From: an uncultured Limnohabitans sp.
GTDB taxonomy: Bacteria > Pseudomonadota > Gammaproteobacteria > Burkholderiales > Burkholderiaceae_C
Reading direction: 5' to 3'
Length of the DNA: 64,000 nt
Assembly (NCBI GenBank): GCA_937928195.1
Contig: CALEYZ010000022.1
Coordinates: 2,016 to 66,015 of the forward strand
Each line of letters starts with the position of its first letter. Position 1 is the stretch's first letter. The notes below the pieces were generated by a model, which ran no database searches, was not told where the DNA came from, and saw only the letters and a list, made by a program, of their open reading frames with translations. Position numbers and translations under genes: made by a program. Shown here in pieces: positions 8,619-18,028 of this stretch.

Positions 8619-9874
8619 TACTTTGTGTGCAGGTGAGGTTCAAATAATTTTGACAAATCATTTGCAATGGGGGAGTACTTGGCATGTGTGCGCATCATGA
8701 AGCTCGTAAAGCCATCACTGTTGTGGTGTTTTTTCTTTTCATTGGGCAAATCGATTTGTTTGTTCTTGGCGCTGTCGCGAACCAAGCCCATGGGATCAAT
8801 GCCTGCTTCCACTTTTTGCATTTCTCGCTTGAGCATTCGACGGTACATCACAATGCCTTTGTCTGTGGCGCCCAAATTTTCCTGGGTTCGATCGGCAATG
8901 GGGCCTTGGCTGACCCAAGCCATCATGTCTTGTCCATCGACATTGTCTACGATGAACTCACCTGTCTCATCCAAATAAGGAACTTCGTAGGTGTGGACTT
9001 TTTCTAGGAGATGCTTGGGGACCTCGACGCCCTGAGGGGGGACGTAGGCATTGAACCAAAGGTGCATGGTGTGCGTGTCATCGACAGGGACGCGCATTTG
9101 GAAAGAGTAGTAGCGAGACTTTTCATCGCCATTGCCAACGGCCAGCATGTTGGGGAACACGATAGGGTGGCCAACTTTCCAGTCATCGCCATCTTCCGAG
9201 TGGCCCTCAAGTAACCGGTGCTTGGTCATGCCGTATTCAAATTCTTTGAAGTCAATTTTGAGATGGCGCGCGCTGATGGCCACTTTCACGCCTTCTTGTT
9301 CTTTCAAGAATTCGTAATGATGACCATGCAACCACTCTGTGTGCACAGGGTCAAGCGAATTCTCCATGATCTGCAACCAGTTGGCGGGCAAGATCGTGCG
9401 TCCCATGATTCGAATGGTGCCTTCTGCCACGAAGCCATCCCAGCGCGGCAACAAAGGTTGTGGCTGGGGTCCCATGTATGCCCAAAGCATGCCTCCCATT
9501 TCTTCTACAGGGTAAGCATCGGTGCTGACCTTGTCTCTGAAAGCGCATTTGTCTTGTTCATTCGGTTGATTGATGCATTTGCCCTGTGCGTTGTATTCCC
9601 AGCCATGATAGGGGCAGCGAATTCCATCTTGTGTCGGAATGCCGTGTGCAAAAGATGCACGTCGGTGAGGACACTGTTCAGCAATCAGTCCCAAGCGTCC
9701 CTGACGGTCTTTGAACAAGACGAGGTCTTCCCCTAAAAGTCGAATTCTCTTGGTCCATTTGTTTTCGAGTTCGACGAGGGCGCCAATGGGCTGCCAGTAG
9801 CGGCGCATCAAATTGCCCATGGGTGTGCCTTTGCCCACCTCTGTCAGTTCTTTGTTGTGCTTCGCGCTTTCCAT
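8618..9874 (-). CDS. Rieske non-heme iron oxygenase alpha subunit (phthalate 4,5-dioxygenase/LigXa-type)
   Basis: LT.VG.GTPMG.LMRRYWQP N-terminus, Rieske CPH...CPYHGW, mononuclear iron site EN..DPVH..WLH and QD...W. Confidence 0.9.
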   Translation of the reverse strand: MESAKHNKELTEVGKGTPMGNLMRRYWQPIGALVELENKWTKRIRLLGEDLVLFKDRQGRLGLIAEQCPHRRASFAHGIPTQDGIRCPYHGWEYNAQGKCINQPNEQDKCAFRDKVSTDAYPVEEMGGMLWAYMGPQPQPLLPRWDGFVAEGTIRIMGRTILPANWLQIMENSLDPVHTEWLHGHHYEFLKEQEGVKVAISARHLKIDFKEFEYGMTKHRLLEGHSEDGDDWKVGHPIVFPNMLAVGNGDEKSRYYSFQMRVPVDDTHTMHLWFNAYVPPQGVEVPKHLLEKVHTYEVPYLDETGEFIVDNVDGQDMMAWVSQGPIADRTQENLGATDKGIVMYRRMLKREMQKVEAGIDPMGLVRDSAKNKQIDLPNEKKKHHNSDGFTSFMMRTHAKYSPIANDLSKLFEPHLHTK

Positions 9875-9890
9875 GTGTCACCTCATCCAA

Positions 9891-11717
9891 TCATTTCTTT
9901 GTTGTTTTTCTCTTCACCACGACGCCTGCCTTTGTCTTCGCCGCAGGTTTTGCGACGATTTTGACCGTCGTCTTAACAGGTGTCTTTGTCTGCGTTTTGG
10001 CTTTGGACTTTTCGGGCAGTGCTTTGCGACCTTCATCGTCCATGACATGCTTGATTTCAGTGTTCATTGCCACGTCTTTGCGGCGCATCTTGGCAATTTC
10101 TTCACCTGTGATGAAGTAATCGCCTTTGACCGCCCGTTGCGCCATTTGCTCATTGCGTTCGCTCCAGTCACCTAGAGAGTAGCCAAACCAAGGCGCCTCT
10201 GGCTTCAGTTTGGGCAGACCTAACTCTTCCCAAATGGCCTTGGCGTTTTCCATGAATTCTCTTTTTGGCAACGCGATGGGCGGGAAATCATCCTTCAGCG
10301 TGGCATCGATCAACAGTGAAGAATCCATGCCGCCGTTACGAGGACTGCGTGGCCCGTGCCCTGGGTCACGGTTTTGGAGTACTTGCAAATCGAGTGCAAA
10401 ATTGGCGCGGTAGCTCATGGCCCACAACAGCGCATCAGCATTGTCTGGATCGATGTCCTCGTTGACCGCAATCACCATTTTTCCACCAGAGCGCAGAAGG
10501 GATGCTGCACCGTACAAGGCTCGCCACACTTCAGTTTGCGGCATTTTGCGGTCCACCACAATTGAGATCACTTTGCGCAAATTGGTCAGAGGCTCGTGCA
10601 TCAGCACTTTTTTGACACCCTTGATGCCCATGGCTTTGCTCAAGTGATTGAGGAAGACCGGCTCAAGCGCCACGCGCTTAATCAGACTGGATTCAGAGGG
10701 GGTGACCTGAGAAATAATGGACGTCAGAATGGCGTCTTTGCGGCGTGTAATGGCTGTCACTTCCATGTAGGCATTGAACTCTTGCAAGTTCACGTGGCCA
10801 TGTGATTCGCCAAATGGTGCTTCAGGTTCCAGCCATTCTGTATTGATGTAGCCTTCAATCACAATCTCTGCTTCTGCAGGCACCAGCAAATCAACAGTTT
10901 TGCACTTCACCACATTGATGGGGGCTCCTGCCAAACCACCGGCGACGTGCAATTCATCTGTATCTTCAGACAGTTTTTGTGCTGAAGTGAAGGCGACGCA
11001 GGGCGGGCAACCCAAGATGATTGCAGCAGGCAGCTTCTCACCTTTGGCTTTGGCTTTTTCCCAATGTGTGTAAATGCCTGGCTGATTTTCCAACGAAGGA
11101 TTCATGCCCAAACGCGTAGGAGACTTCACCTGACCTCGGTAAATGCCCATGTTTTGAATTCCTGTTTCAGGATCTTTGGAGATGTACTGAGACAGTGTGG
11201 TGTAGGGCGCGTTATCCCAACCAGGTGTTGAAATGGGGATTGGCAAACTGTCGACGCCTTTGCCAGGTTTTAAGAGTTCCTTGCCTTGAACCACAATTTC
11301 TTGGCAAGGAGCTTCCTTGAGCACATTAGGCTTGATGGGGTTGGCAATGGCGTGACTCCAAGTTTTGCCGATGTCTTCAATCTCGCACCCCATGCCCACA
11401 CTGTAAATTTTGCGAGTGGCCGCCAATGCGCCGACCACCACTGGAATGTCGTATTTCTTACCTTTGCCGTTGACCACGTTGGTAAATAAAAATGCTTTGC
11501 GATCAGGTTCAGCAATGCCTCCGCGAAATTGCCAACGCACCAAAGGATGCAATTCCGTGTCTTTGTTAATGGGACGGTCAATCGTGACCAATAAGCCTTG
11601 TTTGTCCAGCTCTGCCAAATGTTCGTGGAGATCGCGGTAAGCGCGTTGCGATTTTTTTGCGCTGGACTTGCTTGTCGCTTTGACCGTTTTTGACGAGGTG
11701 GTAGTGCTATTTTTCAT
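9891..11717 (-). CDS. UbiD family prFMN-dependent (de)carboxylase with Lys-rich terminal tails
   Basis: NMGIYR, VPAEAEIVIEG, EAPFGE..G, VNEDIDP....LLWAM..R. Confidence 0.9.
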   Translation of the reverse strand: MKNSTTTSSKTVKATSKSSAKKSQRAYRDLHEHLAELDKQGLLVTIDRPINKDTELHPLVRWQFRGGIAEPDRKAFLFTNVVNGKGKKYDIPVVVGALAATRKIYSVGMGCEIEDIGKTWSHAIANPIKPNVLKEAPCQEIVVQGKELLKPGKGVDSLPIPISTPGWDNAPYTTLSQYISKDPETGIQNMGIYRGQVKSPTRLGMNPSLENQPGIYTHWEKAKAKGEKLPAAIILGCPPCVAFTSAQKLSEDTDELHVAGGLAGAPINVVKCKTVDLLVPAEAEIVIEGYINTEWLEPEAPFGESHGHVNLQEFNAYMEVTAITRRKDAILTSIISQVTPSESSLIKRVALEPVFLNHLSKAMGIKGVKKVLMHEPLTNLRKVISIVVDRKMPQTEVWRALYGAASLLRSGGKMVIAVNEDIDPDNADALLWAMSYRANFALDLQVLQNRDPGHGPRSPRNGGMDSSLLIDATLKDDFPPIALPKREFMENAKAIWEELGLPKLKPEAPWFGYSLGDWSERNEQMAQRAVKGDYFITGEEIAKMRRKDVAMNTEIKHVMDDEGRKALPEKSKAKTQTKTPVKTTVKIVAKPAAKTKAGVVVKRKTTKK

Positions 11718-11732
11718 ATGTCAGTTGATGGT

Positions 11733-12860
11733 TTATTTTGAGCTTGAGTTTTTAATCACAACGTCATCAAAGGATTTGGTCCACTTTGCAAATGTGTCCA
11801 TCGTGACGACGGGGTCAATCACTTCGATCTTCATGTTGGGATAAGGGTTCGTGACTTTGGTGCTGGCTGGGTAATAGTGAAGTGACGCCAGAAGTTTTTG
11901 TGTTTCGGGTGACAGCATGTAGTCGTAAAACAGCAGTGCCGCGTGTGGATGCTGGGCCTTTTGTGCTATTGACATGTTGAAGCCTTGGGCCACAACAGGG
12001 TCTAATGCAAACCAATCAACCGGTTTACCTGCGCGCTTGTCTTTCTCAGGTAGATCGATGTAAACCGTCATGGCCAAGGGAACTTCACCTGCGATGACCA
12101 AGTTGTGCAGCAGCGATGCGCCGAGGCGGGCAGACATGCCGTTCTTGGCCACCAATTCTCGGAAATATTTGGTCCCTTTTTCTTCGCCCATCACGGACAC
12201 AACTTTGCTGTACCACTCTTCAGCTTTAGATTCCACCCCCAACTTGCCCTTCCACTTGGGATCTAACAAATCGTTGTAGGTTTTAGGCAAGTCTTCTTTT
12301 TTGATCAGTTGGGTGTTGTAAGAATGCACGGTCACATTCATGAAGACTGTTGACCAATTTTTGTGTGTCGAAACAGCGCTCGGGATTAAATCTTTGGTCA
12401 AAGGTGAGTAGACAGGCTGCAACAATTTCTCGCGGTAGAGCGCCTCCATTTCACTGGCGGGCATCATGATGACATCCACCTCTGGTTTTTTGCCAGCGGC
12501 CTCCCGCACAACGCGCTGAGTTACATTGTTACTGCCTGAGCGCCAGGCTTTGACTTTGATGCCATATTTGGCTTCGAAGGGGGCCAAAATGAGTGGCAAA
12601 TCTTGCGGTCTGAATGCGGTGTAAAGCGTGAAGGTGCCTTCTTTGTTGGCAGCCTCCAGAAGTTTGTCTGAGCGGTCCGCTTTTTCGTACTGCATCAAGG
12701 TGCTTGCTGCCGTCCCCGCTGCGGTAGAACTGGTGATTTGAGACATGGCTGGCAGTGACAAAGCTGCAAATGCCAAACCCTTCAAAAGCATTCCGCCGCA
12801 TTGCCATGTTTTGACAATGCATTGCTTCATGTTCTGGTGCTCGTTGAAATACTGACGCAT
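11733..12860 (-). CDS. ABC transporter substrate-binding protein (paralogue of 6832-7887)
   Basis: FEAKYGIKVKAWR, YNT.LIKKEDLPKTYNDLLDPKWKG, HPHAALLFYDY.LS; start codon uncertain. Confidence 0.85.
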   Translation of the reverse strand: MRQYFNEHQNMKQCIVKTWQCGGMLLKGLAFAALSLPAMSQITSSTAAGTAASTLMQYEKADRSDKLLEAANKEGTFTLYTAFRPQDLPLILAPFEAKYGIKVKAWRSGSNNVTQRVVREAAGKKPEVDVIMMPASEMEALYREKLLQPVYSPLTKDLIPSAVSTHKNWSTVFMNVTVHSYNTQLIKKEDLPKTYNDLLDPKWKGKLGVESKAEEWYSKVVSVMGEEKGTKYFRELVAKNGMSARLGASLLHNLVIAGEVPLAMTVYIDLPEKDKRAGKPVDWFALDPVVAQGFNMSIAQKAQHPHAALLFYDYMLSPETQKLLASLHYYPASTKVTNPYPNMKIEVIDPVVTMDTFAKWTKSFDDVVIKNSSSK

Positions 12861-12893
12861 GATTGAACTCCTTCAAACGATTGGCCCAAAAGA

Positions 12894-13520
12894 TCAATGC
12901 ATCCAGCGTGAGCTAGCCAGCATGAGCGCAGCACCCAGAAGGGCTGCAGGAAAAAGCCACCAAGCCGGTACCCTTGTCTCGTCTGTTGACGTTGTTGATG
13001 GCGGTGGTACGGATGTCGGCGCTGCTGGCACGGCTGATGCAGTTGCACTTGAAGGTGTTGCCGATGGACTGACGCGCGCTTGTGGTGACAGTGCATTTTG
13101 GAACGCTTTGAAAAAGTCGTCAGCCATTTTCTTGGCCACACTGTCTATCAAGCGTGAACCGACTTGTGCCAATTTGCCACCTATTTGCGCTTTGGCCTCA
13201 TAGGACAATTCAGTGCCATCAGTGACTTCCTTGAGTGTGACCGTGGATGTGCCTTTGCCAAAACCCACTGCACCCCCTTGGCCTTCAAATTGCATGACAC
13301 AAGATTCAGGTGGCAACGCTTCTGCAATTTTCAGAGAGCCTTGGAAGCGTGCCTTCAAGGGGCCAATGGCTGTTTTGATGATGACTCGGAATTCGTCTGG
13401 TGTGACACGTTCGACCGATTCACAGCCAGGTAGGCAGTCCTTCAAAATTGCCGGGTCGTTCAATGCATCCCACACTTTTTGGCGCGGTGCTGCAATCAGT
13501 TGTTGGCCCAATATTTCCAT
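12894..13520 (-). CDS. coxG: CoxG/SRPBCC family protein with C-terminal membrane anchor
   Basis: VWDALNDP.IL..CLPGCES, IGGKLAQVGSRLID...KK.ADDFF, Ser/Thr/Pro/Ala linker and hydrophobic C-terminus. Confidence 0.85.
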   Translation of the reverse strand: MEILGQQLIAAPRQKVWDALNDPAILKDCLPGCESVERVTPDEFRVIIKTAIGPLKARFQGSLKIAEALPPESCVMQFEGQGGAVGFGKGTSTVTLKEVTDGTELSYEAKAQIGGKLAQVGSRLIDSVAKKMADDFFKAFQNALSPQARVSPSATPSSATASAVPAAPTSVPPPSTTSTDETRVPAWWLFPAALLGAALMLASSRWMH

Positions 13521-13548
13521 GATCTTTGTGCTTTCTATGATGTCTCAA

Positions 13549-14280
13549 TCAATGGGCTTTTTTCTTCATGGCGGCGGAAGTGTTCACCATGGAGTGCAAA
13601 CTGCGGGCGTAGTCAATGGCACCTTGTTCGTCCATGCGTGGTGCAACACGCAAGTACTCCTTCAATCCCAAAATGGCTGGGCGAGGGCGGCTGAGCAGTA
13701 AGTCGCAGAATCGAGTCAACTCTGCATCCAATTGCGCTTCGGGCACCACATTGCTGATGATGCCGTAGGACTGTGCTTGTGCGGCGTTGATGAAGTCAGC
13801 CGAATAGGCCATGTACAAAATGGCATTGCGATTCATGCGGTCGTAAATGGCAGACATCACCATGGTGGGCATCACGTTGTGCGCAATTTCTGGGATGTTG
13901 AAGGTAGCCTTGTCGCTGGCAAATGACACATCACACAATGAAGCAATGGCGGTGCCAAATCCCATGCATTTGCCCTCGATGACGCCAATGACAGGTACCA
14001 AACAGCTTCTCAAGGCTTTGTAGCTATTGAAAATTGAGTCGTATTCAGGACGGCGTGAATAGGCTTCGGGTGAAGGTGGAAAGTCTGCGTCACGAACGCG
14101 GCCTGTGCAGAAGTCGGGCCCCACACTGCGAAGGACAACGCAGTCCGATGTTTCATGCGCTTTCAGAACGGCTTCAGACAAGGCTGCTGCCATGCTGTCT
14201 GAAACGCCATTGCCGTCTGGGCGGTTGAAAGTGATGCGCAAAATGCGGCCATCTTGTTGAATTTGAATTTGATCGCTCAT
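13549..14280 (-). CDS. Enoyl-CoA hydratase/isomerase (crotonase) family protein
   Basis: ITFNRPD.N, DFCTG, PVIGVIEG.CMG.G, F.IPE; GGAG ribosome-binding site and ATGA overlap. Confidence 0.85.
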   Translation of the reverse strand: MSDQIQIQQDGRILRITFNRPDGNGVSDSMAAALSEAVLKAHETSDCVVLRSVGPDFCTGRVRDADFPPSPEAYSRRPEYDSIFNSYKALRSCLVPVIGVIEGKCMGFGTAIASLCDVSFASDKATFNIPEIAHNVMPTMVMSAIYDRMNRNAILYMAYSADFINAAQAQSYGIISNVVPEAQLDAELTRFCDLLLSRPRPAILGLKEYLRVAPRMDEQGAIDYARSLHSMVNTSAAMKKKAH

Positions 14281-15104
14281 GCTTGACTCCATGCTGGGTT
14301 TTGAAAAAAGTGACGCATCATTGCGGCGTTGAATAAAACTGACTGATCGATGTTGGGAAGGTGACCTGCATCTGGAATGATTTCCATTTTGGCGCCTTCA
14401 ATGCGCTGCTGCATCTCTAGCATGGCCTGTGGCAAGGGGCCATCCTTGGCGCCCACAATCAAAGTTGTGGGAACCTTGATGTGCGAGACCTCTTCCAAAT
14501 AATTGAGTCCCTGAATGGCGCGTGCGCAGCTGACAAAGCCTGATGCGGTGGTGCTTGCAATGGTTTGTCGAAATGCTTGACCGACTACTGGATGGGCCTC
14601 CATGAATGGCAGCCCAAACCAGCGTTCTGTGGTGGCGACGGCCAGGGACTGGCAGCCTTCATTGATGGCGCTGGTCATGCGGTCGTTCCAAACATCGCCC
14701 ATGGGTGAGGGCATGTCGGCTCTGCAATCACACAGCACCATGCTGATCAATCGGTTGGCGTGTTGAATACCCAAGCCAACGCCACTCATGCCGCCCAATG
14801 ACAGCCCCATGTAGTGTGCTTTTTCGATGTGCAAAGCATCCATAACTGCAATGGTGTCAGCCACTAAATCGTCCATGGTGCAGGCCACAGATTGACATTC
14901 CGATTGACCATGACCTCGTGTGTCGATGGCGATAACGCGCCAACCAGATGATGAAAGCAGGTACGCTTGTTCCAACCACATCATGCTGGACGACAAGATG
15001 GAATGCGTCAGAACCACCGCAGGACCGTTTTCAGGACCTTGTGTGTGAACTGCAATTTTTCCAGCAGGTCCTTGAATGAACTGGGTTTGAGTGTGATGTG
15101 TCAT
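14277..15104 (-). CDS. Alpha/beta hydrolase, 3-oxoadipate enol-lactonase (PcaD)-like
   Basis: DTRGHG.S, nucleophile elbow GLSLGG, IVGAKD, AGHLPN. Confidence 0.8.
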   Translation of the reverse strand: MTHHTQTQFIQGPAGKIAVHTQGPENGPAVVLTHSILSSSMMWLEQAYLLSSSGWRVIAIDTRGHGQSECQSVACTMDDLVADTIAVMDALHIEKAHYMGLSLGGMSGVGLGIQHANRLISMVLCDCRADMPSPMGDVWNDRMTSAINEGCQSLAVATTERWFGLPFMEAHPVVGQAFRQTIASTTASGFVSCARAIQGLNYLEEVSHIKVPTTLIVGAKDGPLPQAMLEMQQRIEGAKMEIIPDAGHLPNIDQSVLFNAAMMRHFFQNPAWSQA

Positions 15105-15122
15105 TTCAATCTGTTGTCCTTC

Positions 15123-17519
15123 TTAAGCTTGCGCGGCACGTGCAACATTCAATGCGCTCCAAATGGCCTGAGGCGTCATGGGCAAATGGTCAATCTTGGC
15201 GCCTTGCGTTGACAACGCGTCGTTGACGGCACTGGCGATGGCGGCTGGGCTGCCCAAATAGCCGGCTTCGCCAGAACCTTTTTGGCCAAACTCGGTGAGC
15301 GGTGAGGGCGTGCAATGGTCGACGATGGTGATGGCGGGCACTTCTGCAGAAGACGGCAACAAGTAGTCCATGAACGTACCTGACAACAATTGACCTTCTG
15401 ATGAAAACGCAAATTTTTCCATCAACGCAGCGCCCAACCCGTGGGCAATGCCGCCGTAGGTCATGCCATGCACCACATCCGGACTGATCATCACGCCACA
15501 ATCATGTCCGCAAACATATTTGCGAACGCTGACTTTGCAGGTTTCTGGGTCAATGCTCGCCAACACCACATGCGATTCAAACGAGTGGCAAGGGTACATC
15601 TGCACCCGTCCGTCTTCGGTGGGCAACATGCCACCCGTTGGCACCTCCCAGACGAATTTTTCTTGCAAACCTGGCTCCATGCCCTCCGGCAATTGATGAA
15701 ATTTGCGATGCGCAATTTCAACCAAGGCATCCCATGACATTGTTTGTGCGGAATTGCCACGGGCATGAACATGGCCGCCTTCATAGATCAATTCTTCGAT
15801 GGCGATACCCATGTTGTGGGCTGCAATTTTCAGCAGTTTTTGTTTGATTTTTTTGGTCGCTCCCGCTGCCGCACCACCCAACATAATGGCCATCCGGCTG
15901 CCGACCGGGCTGTTGGAGGGCAGGGCGTTGAGTGAGTCTGCATGCAAGACGCGAATGCCATCGGGTTCACGGTGCAAGACCTCACCCACCACGGTCGATA
16001 CCATGGTTTCATGCGCTTGTCCTGATGTGGATGTTCCCATCAAGGCCGTGACGGCACCTGACAAATCAACGCGCACCAAACACGAGTCCATCCATGTGGT
16101 GGTTTGGTTCTTGGGGTTGAACAATGGCTCGAACGAAGAGTTGCCGCCAGACGGTTCTAAGCAAGTAGAAATGCCAATGCCCGCCAATTGACCTTGCGAA
16201 CGCAGTTGATCGCGTTCTTTCACCAAGTCCTCAAAGGCAGCTGTGGTCAATGCTTTGGTCATCACCGTGTCGTAATCACCTGAATCGTAGTGCGTGCCGC
16301 TTGGGATGAGGTAAGGAAATTCGTCTTTGCCGATCAAATTGACACGACGCAAGGCGATGCGGTCCATGTTCAGGAAGCGCGCGACTTTGTCGATGCCCGT
16401 CTCGAGGGCGTAGTTGGTGGGTGCTTGTCCAAATCCACGAACAGCTTCCTGTGGCGTCTTGTTGGTCATCACGGCCATGGCATCGTATTCCACACTCAGA
16501 ATGCGATAAGGCCCAACGATGGCGCCTACGGGCTTGCCCAATTGGAGAGGTGATCTTCCAGAATAGGCGCCGATATCGTCTACAGCGCGCATCTTCATCG
16601 ATTTGATTTCACCGTTCTTTTGGAAGCCTAACGTGACATCAAAAACTCGGTCAGGGCCCTGCATGTCGCCGCCGCGCATGTTTTCGAGGCGGTCTTCAAC
16701 CAGCCTGACGGGACGGCCTAATTTTTTGGCCAAATAACCCACCAGAACAGAATGTTTCAAGCCACGTTTAACGCCATAGCTGCCGCCCACATCCACGTCA
16801 AAGTGCACGCGCACATCATTGCCGGACAAACGCAAGGCCTTGGCCACTTGATCAGGGAATTTGGGCATTTGAATGGATGCCCAAACATCCAAAATGCCTG
16901 TTGAATCGTTCCATTGACAAGCCACTGCAAATGTTTCAATCGGTACCGTGGCATTGCGTGCCCAGCTGACTTGGTAGCTGAGTTGGTGATCGCATTTGGC
17001 AAAGTCTTCTTCAACGGGGCCCCAAACAAACTTCCTGTGGAAAATGACGTTGCTGCCGTGTGCAGGATGCACCAGCGTTGCGTTAGGTTTCAAGGCTTCT
17101 TGTGGATCAACAACACAGGGCAGTTGCTCATAATCGACATTGACCAGTTCTGCGGCATCTTCTGCCAAGGCCCTGCTGTCTGCCACCACCGCAGCGACCC
17201 ATTCACCCGCATAACGTGTGACATCAAATGCCAAAGGAAAGCGGGTCACTTGAGGCGCATCCACCCCAGGCAACATGGCATCGATGTGTTGGCAAAGTTC
17301 TTCTCCTGTGAGAACTGCATGCACGCCTGGCATGGCCAAGGCTTCTGCGGCATCGATGCTTTTGATTTTGGCGCTGGCATAGGGTGAAGCGACCAGCGCA
17401 ATGTGCAACATGCCCGGCAGTTGAATGTCTGCGGCATAGCGACCTTTGCCGACCACGAAGCGTTTGTGTTCCACCGCTCGGCGGTGTTTTCCAATGAAGC
17501 GAAAGGGTGTTTTGCTCAT
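15123..17519 (-). CDS. Xanthine dehydrogenase family molybdopterin-binding large subunit (CoxL-like hydroxylase)
   Basis: G.GRYAAD, GGSYG.K, AVRGFG, YDSGDY, GQAHET, KGSGEAG catalytic Glu. Confidence 0.9.
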   Translation of the reverse strand: MSKTPFRFIGKHRRAVEHKRFVVGKGRYAADIQLPGMLHIALVASPYASAKIKSIDAAEALAMPGVHAVLTGEELCQHIDAMLPGVDAPQVTRFPLAFDVTRYAGEWVAAVVADSRALAEDAAELVNVDYEQLPCVVDPQEALKPNATLVHPAHGSNVIFHRKFVWGPVEEDFAKCDHQLSYQVSWARNATVPIETFAVACQWNDSTGILDVWASIQMPKFPDQVAKALRLSGNDVRVHFDVDVGGSYGVKRGLKHSVLVGYLAKKLGRPVRLVEDRLENMRGGDMQGPDRVFDVTLGFQKNGEIKSMKMRAVDDIGAYSGRSPLQLGKPVGAIVGPYRILSVEYDAMAVMTNKTPQEAVRGFGQAPTNYALETGIDKVARFLNMDRIALRRVNLIGKDEFPYLIPSGTHYDSGDYDTVMTKALTTAAFEDLVKERDQLRSQGQLAGIGISTCLEPSGGNSSFEPLFNPKNQTTTWMDSCLVRVDLSGAVTALMGTSTSGQAHETMVSTVVGEVLHREPDGIRVLHADSLNALPSNSPVGSRMAIMLGGAAAGATKKIKQKLLKIAAHNMGIAIEELIYEGGHVHARGNSAQTMSWDALVEIAHRKFHQLPEGMEPGLQEKFVWEVPTGGMLPTEDGRVQMYPCHSFESHVVLASIDPETCKVSVRKYVCGHDCGVMISPDVVHGMTYGGIAHGLGAALMEKFAFSSEGQLLSGTFMDYLLPSSAEVPAITIVDHCTPSPLTEFGQKGSGEAGYLGSPAAIASAVNDALSTQGAKIDHLPMTPQAIWSALNVARAAQA

Positions 17520-17521
17520 GG

Positions 17522-18016
17522 TCAGACGTTCTCAGGTTTTGTGGCGTACATCACAGCGTCGACGATTTGTTGATAGCCTGTGCATCTGCAGATGTTGCTG
17601 CTGATGGCCTCGCGAACTTGATTTTCTGTGGGATGTGGATTGTCGGCAACCAATGCATGGCATGCCATCAGCATGCCGGGTGTGCAATACCCGCATTGCA
17701 ACGCATGCTTTTCGCAGAAGGCGTCTTGAATTTTGGTCATGACGCCACGTTCGGGTGCCAAGCCTTCAACAGTGGTCACACGCATGTCGTCTGCTTGAAC
17801 GGCAAACATGCAGCATGAACGAACGGGTTCGTCATTGAGCATGACTGTGCACGCCCCACAAACGCCATGTTCACAGCCGACGTGTGTGCCCGTCAGCCCC
17901 AGTTCATCACGTAAGAAATCGACCAGACTGGTGCGAGGTTCGACATGACGCTGTTGCTTGACGCCATTGACTTGAATTTGTATCGACTTTTTATCGATGT
18001 GGGTTGTTGAACTCAT
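17522..18016 (-). CDS. [2Fe-2S] small subunit (CoxS-like)
   Basis: GCEHGVCGACTV, QCGYCTPG, CRCTGY. Confidence 0.93.
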   Translation of the reverse strand: MSSTTHIDKKSIQIQVNGVKQQRHVEPRTSLVDFLRDELGLTGTHVGCEHGVCGACTVMLNDEPVRSCCMFAVQADDMRVTTVEGLAPERGVMTKIQDAFCEKHALQCGYCTPGMLMACHALVADNPHPTENQVREAISSNICRCTGYQQIVDAVMYATKPENV

Positions 18017-18028
18017 GATCTTCAATCT

